Made by a program: the position numbers and the translations under genes. A DNA stretch of 64,000 bases, from assembly GCF_036971445.1 (NCBI RefSeq), contig NC_091470.1, positions 154,442,001 to 154,506,000 of the forward strand. Reading direction: 5' to 3'. The first letter of the stretch is position 1; the number at the start of each line of letters is the position of its first letter. The DNA comes from Narcine bancroftii. Taxonomy: Eukaryota. This document shows, in pieces, positions 51,909 through 64,000 of this stretch. Below the pieces are notes generated by a model. The model had not been told where the DNA came from, searched no databases, and was given only the letters and a program-made list of their open reading frames with translations.

Positions 51909-54900
51909 AACAGATTGACGAGGTCAAATTTGGATATTGTGTGAAGTTTTGGTCACCTAATTACAGTACAAAAACAATATCAATAGGATGGAAAGAGTGC
52001 AGAGATTTATTAGGATGTTGTACGGACTTCAGGAACTGAATTAAAGGGAAAGGTTAAACAGATTAAGACTTTATTCCCTGGAGTGCAAAAGAAGAAGAAG
52101 GGGAGATTTGATAGAATTATTTAAAATTATGAGGGGTCTAGACAGAGTAAATGTAGGTAGGCTTTTTCCACAGAGGGCAGGTGAGATACAAACCAAAGGA
52201 CATGGGCTAAGGGTGAAAGGGGAAAAATTTAGAGGGAACATTAGGAAGAACTTCTTCACAGAGTGAGTGGTGGGAGGAGTGTGGAACAAACTGTCATCTG
52301 AAGTGGTGAATGCAGGCTTAATTTTAATATTTAAGAAGAATTTGGACAGACACACGGATGGGAGAGATATGGAGGGCTATGGATTGGGTGCAGGTCAGTG
52401 GGACTAGGCAGAAAAATTGATCAGCACAGAGTGGGACTAGGCAGAAAAATTGATCAGCACAGACTAAAAGGGCCAAAGGGGTCTTTTACTGTGCTGTAAT
52501 GTTCTATGGTCCTATGAATAGAAAAGCAGCTCACATGTACAGATGATGGGCATTACATTAATATAGATTGAACCCATGTTGATGCACATGTTCTTCAGTG
52601 AGTGTACTTAACAACAGCATTTATTGTCTTCAGGAGGATTCAATACAGCAGAAATATCTAGTCAATGTCACAACAGGTGTGATGCATTCTGTTGTATTCA
52701 GGGTGAGACATGGGGAGGAGCACAGGCTGCCAGATGATAGGTTTTTGCTGAAAATCAGGAAGATGTACAAACCAGAAACATTGGATGGCATTTACTTTCC
52801 ATGGATATTATATGACCTGCTGAATTTCTCCAGCACTTTTGTGTCCTGCACTAAACCTCAGCATCCGGAGATTTCTTGTTTACCTTTATAACCCTCCTCA
52901 CTGTACCATCACTGAAATGGCTCTGAAGACAAAGCAATCATATAAGCATTTATCAATGTGAGATTATCAGTTAATACACAATGACGTATATCTTCACATC
53001 ATGGACCCAAATCACAAAAGGTTGTATGCTGCTCTCCAAGCCGCTACACTAAAGAGTTGTATTCTCTCCCAATAATGACTGACTTTCTACTTGTTTAATC
53101 AACTGAAAATACACTAATAATGGATCACTGCAGGTGTTACATTTAATCTATGAGATATCTGCTGCATTCAGGTAGACCCAAGCAGTAATGAAATTCCAAG
53201 AAAACAAACTCTGGGATGGAAAACAAGAAATAGGGACAGAAATGACTGAGAGCAACCATGCAGATTAGCAGGACAGATCAAGACTAGAGGACATAAATAT
53301 AGGAGTTCTACTGAATCCAACAGGGAATTCAGGAAAAATACTTCTTTCTGCTGAGCCTAAAAGTGGAAGGAATATGGTGATTTCTCTTAAGAGTCAGTCA
53401 AGGCCAATAGTGTAGGCACAAAATGAGGGAATGAGCACGAGATAGGATATCCTAGAGGCCAGCCACCAGTATAGATTGTTGGGCTGAATGGACAGGATGC
53501 ATTGCAGAACATAGGTGTCTGTGAAAGAATCAACTCCATTCACCCAAACTTTGAACCTGAAAATTAAATCACTTATGGTTTGTGTCTCTTCCATCTCTCG
53601 TTATAACTAAGTCAACCTGTTTTGATATTACTGTACCTTTTATCTATCCATAGATACTCTACGCTTACTCTGTCCGTAGATAATATTACTCATGAATTTG
53701 TTCCAAACTCTTCCACTTCCTATGGGACCATCTGAATGACTTCCTTCATTTTGCAGAAATGTTTTACAGCAAAACTAACTGTCAAACATGATTACAACTC
53801 TGGTTCAAACAAGCTATGTTGGTTCAGCCCAACTGTTAAAATAACTGAGTGGCTTTACAAGTGTAAACTTCCAGCTCAAATATATATTAGTAAATAAGTA
53901 AATGATTTATTCTTTAAGAGTTGCCCAATTTGTTATTTATATATTTGGACATTGAGTGATGAATTTTTGTTTTATACATTATGATTGGCACATTTAGTGG
54001 TATAATACATAGCCCTAAAATTTTCTTATAAGTTATGTTATGCGTTCCACCAGTAGGGCACACAGAACACACTGCCCATGAATATTCCTTAGTTTGGAGA
54101 ATATATTAATATTATAAAAGCCCTAGGAGGCTATTCTTTGTCAGGTATTATGCGAGGTTTTATACAAAGTTCAATTTCAAAGTGACTCAACGACATATTG
54201 TAATTGCCTAAATATCTGCGTATTTCCAGTATGTTTAAAACTGACCTCAGCGTTTTTTATGATATGAAGCCAAATATGCAGTGAGAATACATTTAAATTA
54301 TATTAAAATTTTGTCAAAATCAAGTGCACTGCTTTCCCATGAGAACCCAGCTGTTTGTGTTCAAGGATGAGGGTACATGCTGAGGGTTCCACTACTTCCT
54401 GATGTTCCTTCAAGCTGAGGACTGATGTTAATTACTGATGCAGTGATGGATCTCAGGGACCCATCTGACACCTATTTCCAGCATTTCAAAGCAGCTGGAT
54501 GAGGTTTCTGCAGGTCTCAGGATGGGGGGGGGGGGGGGGGGGGGGGGGGGGGAGGTGGGAAGAGTGGAGTATCACAATAATTCTTTATGGTAGATGTTCT
54601 AGACACCTTCCTAACACGTAGGGGGTGGAGTGTAGCCTTCATATTCTGGTTGCAGGTGTTTTGATCTTCCTTGACAGATGTGTTGAAGAAACAGGAAACT
54701 GTATTAAAAATAACATATTGAGATTGTTGTTCCTGTAATCCAGGAACAAGTACTTGAAGACAAAAATCAGAAGGAATCAAATCAATCAAATAACATATAA
54801 AGTGGCACTTCAAGTGAATATCAGCCAGTATCATCAGCCAGGTTCCAGCTTTGACTTTGGAGAACAGTGTGGCTACATGGTGTTCACAATATAATATACA

Positions 54901-56589
54901 ATGCTATACCTGCAACAAATCTAGATGTGACACCAAATGCCAACTAGAAGGAGATGAGTAGAGAATAAATGTTGCAACCAGTGTTGGGGAGATGGACCAC
55001 TGCCAGAGCCTGCTCCAAATGCTCCTTCAACCATGCACAGGCAATAGACAGGGAGACAGCAATAAATCTTCTGTTAAGAACAGTAAATGCACTTCTCCCA
55101 TGAAGGCCCCAGTCAAGAACATCATGAATGATATGAAGGTGAAGTTGCAGTAAATTCCCTAGCCCAAGTCGCCAATCCCTAGCCAACAGTCAATGGTAGC
55201 AGCAAGGGAGCGTGGAGGAGGGCACTAGGTGGCAAAGAAGAGAATTGATAAATAATTCTCCAAATAGTAAAAGAACAGTTGATGATACGAGGATGAAAGA
55301 CAAATACAACAAATTTCCCAGTCAGCCAGCTGTTCTCTGCCTGAAGACAGGAGTGGCTAAATGAAAGGAGAAGGAAATAGAAAAAACCTCAGCTAAGAAA
55401 TTGTGAGGGGAGCAAAGAGCCCAGTACTTCTCATCTCTGTAAGTTCGGGAATGGCAAGAATGGACCCCCACTCCCCCCCCCCCCCTTTGCTGGCAACCCC
55501 ACAATAGGAATCTTGGAGAAATAAAGTGTTTAACATACAACACAAAATAGCAACCTTGAAAAAAGAAAGCACAAGGAGGAAGCAGCTCAGATCAAGAACT
55601 AAGCAGCGGTTCCATCAGCAATACCATCAGCTTCACCTCAGCAAACCATAGACCCCAGAGAAGATCAGGATCTCCAACTCAGCACATCTGGTGGAGGCAT
55701 GATGGAACAAAGTAATTGACTATGGCAATAAAATCGTCTATAGAAATATAAAGCAAATGGGGAGAAAATTGCACTTAAATGAGAATAGAAATCACTTTGG
55801 ATTTTAAATAGGGTATAGATAGTCAGGCATTTAGAACCTTTAGAATATTTCTTTGAGTTTCATTTTCAGCTTACTTGGTATAAGTTGAGTCTTACTGACA
55901 GAGGTAAATATCAGTGTCTTTTCAATGTGCTTGAATCTTACACTCATCAGTTGCAATTAGAAATTATTTCTATCTCTTCAGGTGACAGTCTAAGTGTTGA
56001 GTGTAACCACAGGCAGTTTCCAAGGGAGAAATGATGACATAGTCTCCACTCAAGAGGCTTTTCTGCTTTACATGTCCCTTGAACTCCTGTTCAGTGCTCC
56101 AGTACACTTCGACACTGTTTCCTTTGGTGATCTTTTCGGTGAATTTGGGTGCTTTGATCATGATAGGCATCTGTCAGAAGATGACCAAGGACATCTTAAC
56201 CTCACTACCTCTCTTGTACTAGATCTCATTTCCTAAGAAAATCTACCAAACTCACCAGCATATTACACCTGCCAGCTATTCGCTTCAGTTCACGATGCAC
56301 ATTCCAAAACAGAAACAAAATGTATCATGAATATTAATTTTGAACTGGGTGTACACTATCAAACAGATGGCAAGATAGCGTTAACCCCATTCAATTTGAC
56401 TTCCAAAGCATGCATGTTTTAACAATCCCCGAGAGCTTGCATGCAAACAGGATGCAACATGTAAATACACCAGCTTGGTGCAGGAACCATGCTCACAGAT
56501 GTTCAAAATAAACTTCTTTTACATCACAGTTCCTTGAAAAACAATGATAATAAAATATCTAACAATTTGCATGGAGTTGACCTCCCTCC

Positions 56590-58310
56590 AACCCAGCCAA
56601 TTGCTGTCCTACGAGTCTATTCTCAATCATCAGCAAAGTGATAGATGGGAAAATTCATGAAGCTATCGAGCAGCACTTGCTCAGCTACAATCTGCTCACA
56701 GAAGTCCATTTTGGGTTCAGCCACAGTTGCTCAGCTCCTGAGTTCATGGCAGCTAGGGTTCAATCATGGACAAGACATCTGAATTCCAGAGGTGAAGTGA
56801 AAGTAACTGCTCTTAAATTCAAGATTGCATTGATTGAGTATGGCATCAAGACGACCGGGCTAACTGGAGACATAGAACATGAACAGTATGTACAGCATAG
56901 TGTAGGCTTTTCAGCCCACAGTGTTGTGCCAACCTAATAACCTCCTCTAACAACTACCAAGAATTTCACTACTGAATAACCCTCCATTTTTCTCAGTCTC
57001 TTAGTAGATCCCTATACATAACCAACATTGAGCTTGAACCCTTCATCAAGGTAGGATGAAGGGCTCAAGCCCAAAACATTGGTTATGTATCTTATCTTTA
57101 CTATATAAAGTACACTGCATAACCTGCTGAGTTTCTCCAGCATTGTTTTTACTTCAATCATGGTGTCTGAAGACTTTTGTGTTTTACTCTTTAAAGATCC
57201 TATTGTATCTGCTTTCACCACCATTGCCGACAGCACATTTCCACTCTGTGTGAAAAATAGAAATCGGGAGAAAATCGTTCAATGGTTGGAATTATACTTA
57301 GCACAATGGAAGATTCTGATGGTTTTTAGTCAATCTTCTCTCACAGGGCATCTCTGCCGGAGTTTCCCAGTACGAGCTAGGCCCATCCATCTTTAGCTGC
57401 TTTACACAATCAATGACCTTTCCTCAATTGTAAGGTTAAAGGTTGGGATGCTTGCTGAGGATTGCATAATGTTCAGTAGTTCAGCACCATCGATGAGTGA
57501 CCTTTTGGATAATGAAAATGAAGCGCTCCACAACCAAATGTAGCAATATCTGGACAATATTGAGGCATAGGCTGACAAGTGATAAATGACATTTGCTTCA
57601 CACATGTGCAGGCGATGACAATATCCAACAAGAGAAATTTCAGCCATCACCCCTGACTTTCAATTATATTAGCTTCACTGACTCCCCCATTAACAATGTC
57701 TTGAGGGCTACCATATTGACCAGAAATTGAACTGAAGAAGGCATATACATAATGTGGCTATAAAAATCAATCATGAGCTAGGAGTACTACTGCAATTAAC
57801 TCTCCTCAGAGCCCCTCCAAATCCTGCCAAGGCAAAATTAAGGAGTGTGATAGAATACTTTCCAAAAGCCTGGAACAGTACAGTTTCAATAATATTTGAG
57901 AAGTACAATATCTATGAAATACCAGGCTATTCAATCCACTCCTATTCACACACACCACTATCGACACATGAGTTGTAGTTCATACCCCATATAGCATGCA
58001 CTGCAGCAATTCATGAAGAATCATTAGATAATACCTTCCAAACTCACGACCTCTACCAGCTAGAAGGTCAAGAACACCAAAAGCATGGGAGCACTACCAC
58101 CTGAAAGTTGCTCTCCAAACCACACACCATTCTGATTTATTGTCATTCCTTCAAAATTCTGGAACTTGCTCCCTCTCAGCTTAGTGCAGGTGTCCACGCC
58201 TCAAGGATTGCAGTGGCTCTTGAAGGCAGCTCACCACCATCTTCTCAAAGTCAATTAGAGATAGGGAATTAAATGCTGGCTCAGCGTGGAAAGCCTAAAT
58301 CCCTCGAATT
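56590..58310 (+). mobile_element. Old L2/CR1-group LINE remnant with nested insertions
   Basis: Degenerate RT pieces (QFGF-like HFGFSHSCSAPE; FADD-like GGGATGCTTGCTGAGGATTGC) and a 3' end CAATTAGAGATAGGGAATTAAATGCTGGC. Confidence 0.55.
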
Positions 58311-60283
58311 AATAAAACAAAAATCAGGGAATGCTGGTCTATATCAAAAGATGATTGGAATACAAGGGAAGGAAATTCTATGGGATTTTTTTCTGATGGT
58401 TAATGTGTTCACTTTTGGGCATTAATCTTGAGAAGGATATATCTGCATTGAATAGTACATTATCAGCACATTTTACCCTGTTTCTCTCCCTAACTCCTTC
58501 CCAACTTCTCCCTCCCATTTCCCCCTCCCCACATCATCTCAACATTTTTTCATGGCATATTAATTCCTTATCTTGCATTTTTGAGGACTGTTCAGTGTCC
58601 AGCTATTAAGTCATGAGTTGTGAATTTCATAGATGACTCAGAATTTGTGCAGAAAGGCTGTATTTTGTGGAAGCCCAAGATGGGCAGAGATCAGTATGGC
58701 TTTAGATTTTAACCACAAGAGGAAGAAGAGATGTGGCAGTGAATATGCATGAGGGTTTGGTTCTACTCTGCAGTTAGAATGTTGAGGCAGCACTAATGCA
58801 CACATCACAGATTGACTGAGATACTGCATGACATCAGGACCAAAGACTTGAAAATCAAGGCTTCAATTGATCTTATACGTGTAGATACAAATCAACTTTA
58901 AGGCAAGGGAAGTTTTCAGCTATGGTTGACCACATCTCATCTAGTTTTCACACTCTTGCACTCAATCTCTCTCTTGGATTTCTTGCCTTCCACTCCACCA
59001 CTTTCAATGTTCAATACAATATCCTTTATAATTTCTGCTAGCTCTAAGCAATTACACCTCTAATTACATCTTCTGCTAACCGTCCCTTTCACCATTCTTA
59101 AAGAAATTATTCTCTTTGCAACTCCCTGGTCTGGTCTTCCATCTCCACCAGCCACTCTCCTTCCTAAAAGATCTTCCCATGTAATCACAGGAAAGACAAC
59201 ACTGTGCTTTGACCTCTTCCCTTCCCACCATCTCGAGGACCAACAGTATTTACAGATGGACCTATGATTCACTTGCACTTCCTCCAATCTGGGTTTAATT
59301 CTTTAACTCACTTTTACTCTGACCTGTCCATTTGTGCCTTCCAACATGATTATAAATGAAATGCAATGTAAGCTTGAAGAACAGTGCACTCATCTTCCAT
59401 TTGGGCACATGGCAAACATTCTACCTTCTACAGTTTCAAGTAACCCACTTTCTGTGCTTCTATCTGAACTAGTCAGTTCTGGTTTCAGTCTTCCATCTAC
59501 AACACTGCCCAACTTTTTAAATAGTTCCACTAGAATGGCTTGAGCTGCTGGTCATTCCTTACAACTCTGCATTTTGTAGCTTTCTCATGAATCTATCAAA
59601 CAGATAACTTCATTTACAGTTTATCCATGCAGCAATCCTGGTCCCACCATATCAGAGATACAGGCATGTATTGTTTGCATATTCACACGCATTGTTTTCT
59701 GTATGTGTGCTATGTCTGTTTGTATGTCTGCATGTTTTGTACCAAGGACTTGACAGATGTTCTGCTAGATGTCCCTCAACTTTTTCTGGAAAGTAAAACT
59801 AAATTGAATTTTCTGTTTCCCAATTCTGACAAAAAGTCTTCAAGTAAAAATTTTAATTTTGCTTTTCTTTCCACAAATGCTGTCTGAGCTGCAGATGTTC
59901 CCTTTTTATTTCAGATACCTATTGATACCCTTAACTGCCATTTAGCTTTCCATTCTCAAGAGAATGCCATCTGAATTTCTGAACAAAATATTATGGATAA
60001 AATGTGACAAGTGGAAGGTATTGTAAAAGGAAAAGGCATAACAGTAGTTATTAGAAAATATGCAACATTGGTCAAATATCAGCAGATTAATAACATTCTT
60101 TATTCATAAATATGCAAACCATTTTTATTAAATAATGTGGAAGGAACACACATGGTCCAAAATAATGAAATGTTGAGAAAAATCAGAATGCAGATCAAGA
60201 AATTGAGATAATGATATTTGGGTAGAGACAATGAACCAGAAATGCAATTTGTTCCCATAATTTGTGCATAATGGTGGTGACTT

Positions 60284-62705
60284 TTTTTATTTATTTTTTT
60301 TTTCACACCATAAATCACATTAGCCATGATATACACTATTTCTTTTTCACACATATACAGTGACTTTTTCTCCCCCCCCTTTCCTCCCAAACCACCCCCC
60401 CCACCCCCCCTCATCCATTTTAGGTATACAATCTAGGTTGCATTAAGTCAGTCAGACAATGTTGTCATTCAACAAAATTACACCAGAAATTCTACTGAGT
60501 CCATTCTTTTCTTTCCTTCTCCTTCCATCAACTTAGGTACTGTTTGTCCCCGGTAGGTTTTCGCTATTGTATTTAATGTAAGGCTCCTATACTTGCTCGA
60601 ATATTTCAATATTATTCCTTAACCTATCTGTTATTTTTTCTAATGGAATACATTTATTCATTTAAATTTAGTAGTTTCTTCCTTTTAATTTGGTTATGTA
60701 TTCCATTAATATTTAAAGACATATAGTTCAGCGTAGCCCTTTTATATTTTGTTTATCTTCTCTTTCCGTTTTTCCATCATTACCTTTCCTCCTTTTCCAT
60801 TTCTGTTTTCTTATTTTCAACTCTTTATAAGACAACATTCCTACAACATCCAACATTTTCCTTATTCTCCTATTTCTATCTTATTTATCCCCAATCTCCC
60901 CTTCACCTCCTGAGTTGTCCTTTATCCCTTGTCGGACAACCACATCTCCCCTCTCCATTTCGATTTGCGAATCCACTCGCAAGCGTCAACTGATTTTGCA
61001 GTGACCGCTATTTCCCCCCACCCCGCCTCCCCCAGAAAAGATTTCACTTTTCATATGTCACAAAGGTCACTCTTTTAATTCCCTCCTTATTCTCTCTATT
61101 CCATTACCTTCCCTTATTAATTCTTGTCTATACTATCTATATTTTCCTCTAAGTACAGATACATTTATGTATGCTCATTGTCTCTATTCACTCTTATACC
61201 TCTTTACCCGCATACATATCAATCGTAATCATTTTTACTCTCATTACCCGTCTTCATCCCTCAGTCTATTTTGTCTTTACCCACATACATATCAATCGTG
61301 ATCATTTTAACTCTCATTACCCGTCTTCCTCCCTCAGTCTATTTTTGTAATTGTTCTGCAAATTTTCGTGCTTCTTCTGGATCCGAGAATAGTCTGTTTT
61401 GTTGTCCTGGAATAAATATTTTCAATGCCGCTGGATGCTTTAGTATAAATTTATACCCTTTCTTCCATAAAATCGCCTTTGCTGTATTGAACTCTTTTCT
61501 CTTCTTTAGGAGTTCAAAACTTATATCTGGATAAATGAAGATTTTTTGCCCTTTATACTCCAGTGGTTTGTTGCCCTCTCTTACTTTTTCCATTGTCTTC
61601 TCCAGTACCTTTTCTCTTGTAGTATATCTTAGGAATTTTACTACAATAGATCTTGGTTTTTGTTGTGGTTGTGGTTTAGAGGCCAATACTCTATGTGCCC
61701 TTTCTATTTCCATTTCTTGCTGTAGTTCTGGACATCCTAGGGTCTTAGGGATCCACTCTTTTATAAACTCCCTCATATTCTTGCCTTCTTCATCTTCCTT
61801 AAGGCCCACTATCTTTATGTTATTTCTTCTGTTATGGTTTTCCATTGTATCTATTTTTTGAGCTAGTAGTTCTTGTGTCTCTTTAGTTTTTTTTATTAGA
61901 TTTCTCCAATTTCTTTTTTAAGTCTTCTACCTCCATTTCTGCTGCTACTGCCCACTCTTCCATCTTGTCCATTTTCTTTCCCATTTCTGTTAAGGTCATC
62001 TCCATTTTATTTATTTTCTCTTCTGTGTTGTTTATTCTTTTTCTTAAATCCTTAAATTCCTGTGTTTGCCATTCTTTAAATGACTCCATGTATCCTTTAA
62101 TAAGAGCAAGTATATCCTTTACCTTGCCTTTCTTTTCTTCTTCTATTTCTCTGTACTCTTCCTCTTCCTCTTCTTCTTCCTCTGGGTTGGCCATCTGTTG
62201 TTTCTTTGGTGCCCTTTCCTCCTCTTCTTTCTTGTTTCTATTGTCTTCTATGGTCTCTTCTTGCTGCAGGTGTTCTGCAGCTATCGTTGCCGGCTGTGGA
62301 GATCGACTCCCCAGCTGGTCCCCCCTCCCGTCGGTGTGTTTTTTTTCATTCGCATCGCGCATGCGCGAAGTATCGCGCATGCGCGGTTGCGCACTTTTAC
62401 TCGGCTCTGCGAGCCATTTTTGTAGTCCATTATTTACCGACCTGAGGGAGCGGGTTTCTCTCTCCGCAGCGGGCCTCTTCGGACAGGTAAGGCCTTCACC
62501 TTTTTCCTCCTTTGTCTTCTCTTCCTCTCTTCTTACCGTTGCTTTCGATTTTTCTTTTTTTTGTCGCCATCTTCTTTCCACCTTTATACTCACTTTTCTG
62601 TAACTTTTATTTCTGTGCCTTTGTGTTTTTCTTTGTTTTTCCCGACTTTTCTGGAGAGGGCTGGAGTTCACCGTCCGGCCACTACTCCATCACGTGACTC
62701 CCCCT
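60284..62705 (-). mobile_element. L1 with complete 5' end, frameshifted ORF1 and poly(A), but ORF2 almost wholly deleted
   Basis: 13-bp TSD ATGGTGGTGACTT at 60271-60283 and 62706-62718. ORF1 motifs ENHNRRNNIKIVGLKE, EIERAHR and YPDIS, with a frameshift at the A-run near 61885-61895. The endonuclease N-terminus (ATLNYMSLNINGIHNQIKRKK) is joined to the ORF2 C-terminal MNKCIPLEKIT segment. The 3' UTR is nearly identical to the 34326 copy. Confidence 0.92.
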
Positions 62706-62721
62706 ATGGTGGTGACTTCTG

Positions 62722-62729
62722 ATGCAAAT
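62722..62729 (+). promoter_or_regulatory. Perfect octamer ATGCAAAT 100 bp upstream of TAS1R gene C ATG
   Basis: Exact motif in sense orientation, 3 bp from the L1 TSD. Function is inferred. Confidence 0.5.
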
Positions 62730-62828
62730 ATTGAGTGAGCGAAATCTGTGACTTGTGTTGGCATCATTGACACTGAAAGTGCTGGATTAGTACACTGATT
62801 TGCTTCTCTTTCTCAGCTGCAGTTTGAC

Positions 62829-64000
62829 ATGCTTCTCTGTCATTGCTGGCTGGTTTTGTTTCTCTTTACAAATGTACATTGTGGAACAGCTGTATCAGAA
62901 CCCCAAGGAGAGCCACTTGGCTGGCTTCAAGCCAATGGGGACTACATCCTCGGAGGACTCTTTCCACTTTACTCCAGTAACCCAAACAGAATTAATGGAA
63001 CAAATTCAGAATCTCCTAAGTGTGAAAGGTAAGGCATGCTATTTTTTTCCCCTTTTATAGTTAATTACTCCAGGCAGCCAGTTGTGGGGATGACTTATAC
63101 AGACTTGTACAGTGTATTTTTTTTAAATGTTGTTTCCTGAAGAGTTTGTTGTGTAACTACATGTTTATGGGACTGTATCAGAAACATTTGTGCAAGAAGC
63201 CACAGAAGGAGTTAATATCTTAGGTGACTGAAATCTTCACCCAGGATTTTAAGGACATGTGAGAGGTATGGAGGTGGTGATGTTTAAGAAAAATACAGAG
63301 TTTAGAGCAAGACTGAGGAATTTGTAGCTGCTTGTCATGGTGTGAAGGAAATCAAGAACATTTAGAAATGGTGCATAAAAAGCTTTCAGGGTTATATCTG
63401 GAGGAGATGATAGGCACCAGGAAGCAAGATACAATTATTTGATTTATACACTAGAGTGAAAAATTTAATATCAGTGCCTTGATGGGCTGGAATCAAACAA
63501 ACCTGTGAGGGGTTAGTGGAACTTGATGTGAGATGGAATAAACATTTTGGATAATCATCTCATTGACAGAGATTAAGTCAGTCAGTGATTCTTGCAGAAT
63601 TGTGAAGGGAGAAATGATTGGGAATGAGGAGAAATCAAGAGTTGGTCCAACTTTGTTTGATCTGGAAAAATGGAAGGGCTGCAGAGCTGGAAAAGTTGGG
63701 TAGAATTCTATTGGTAGAGAAGCATGTTACCCTCAATTTATTTACATTTGTTAGGAAGATCCAGGCAGGTTAAGTCATTGACTGTATCTCTACTGCTGTT
63801 AATTCTTCACACCCTCACTTCCTTCCAAGTGATTTTGTGAATATAAGCCTCTTTGTTGAGGTTCAATTCAGCCATTGATTTTTGCTTGTTTTTTTTCCTC
63901 TAACCATTTTTTTTTCATAGATTCCAGATCGATGGCTTCCTCTGGATTCAAGCAATGAAGTTTGCTATTGAAGAGATCAATAACTCAAGCACTCTCCTCC
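62829..64000 (+). CDS. TAS1R3: Taste receptor type 1 gene C, TAS1R3-like, partial: exon 1 62829-63028, exon 2 from 63921 to the window end
   Basis: Signal peptide, NGDYILGGLFPL and a phase-2 GT donor. Exon 2 reads [26 protein letters not shown], which resembles human T1R3 [21 protein letters not shown]. The subtype call rests on only ~93 residues. Confidence 0.8.

Larger units (their letters stand above)
50296..52515 (+). mobile_element. CR1 LINE 3' part, split by the LTR-RPL27 insertion (50296-50702, 51909-52515)
   Basis: GATGACACTAAAATTG.., TGGCAGATAGAATTT..AAATGTGAGGTGTTGCA and a CR1 3' tail TGTAATGTTCTATGGTCCTATG. The sequence is colinear across the insertion. Confidence 0.85.

Noticed and set aside
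54524-54560. Long G tract (also 43630-43675) as G-quadruplex or polyproline ORF
   Set aside because: Simple homopolymers with unreliable length and no supporting context.
55970-56170. Minus-strand peptide LLSGDYVIISPLE..LDC, faintly like TAS1R exon 1
   Set aside because: There is no GGLFP motif, signal peptide, correctly placed donor or downstream exons. The similarity is too weak without a profile search.
61965-62603. 212-aa hydrophobic plus-strand ORF antisense to L1 ORF1
   Set aside because: Low-complexity mirror of the A/G-rich ORF1 strand, with no independent evidence of coding.

Overview
Eukaryotic, intron-containing, repeat-rich vertebrate DNA. The repeat landscape and TAS1R content suggest a cartilaginous fish (inference). 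The window holds the three coding exons of ERRFI1/MIG6 (+) followed by a cluster of three class C GPCR taste-receptor (TAS1R/T1R) genes: gene A (- strand, 6 exons, 835 aa, T1R1/2/6-like), gene B (+, 6 exons, 834 aa, T1R3/4-side) arranged head-to-head with A, and the first two exons of gene C (+, TAS1R3-like). Each start codon has an octamer or octamer-like (POU) motif 100-135 bp upstream. Intergenic and intronic space is filled with L1, CR1, RTE, Rex/Babar, L2-like and Penelope retroelements, V-SINE and 5S-derived SINEs, LTRs and DNA-transposon remnants, plus two N gaps. The most striking structure is at 50659-51953: a single retroviral-type LTR plus an 18-nt tRNA-Ser primer-binding site, fused through a short microhomology to an antisense processed RPL27 cDNA and bracketed by a 44-45 bp target duplication. 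It looks like a fossil of plus-strand strong-stop DNA jumping onto a host mRNA. Other oddities are an ORF2-deleted but fully terminated L1 inserted 3 bp from the gene C octamer, a 30-bp perfect TG..CA palindrome with a 5-bp TSD, and a copy of TAS1R exon 5 patched into a LINE.
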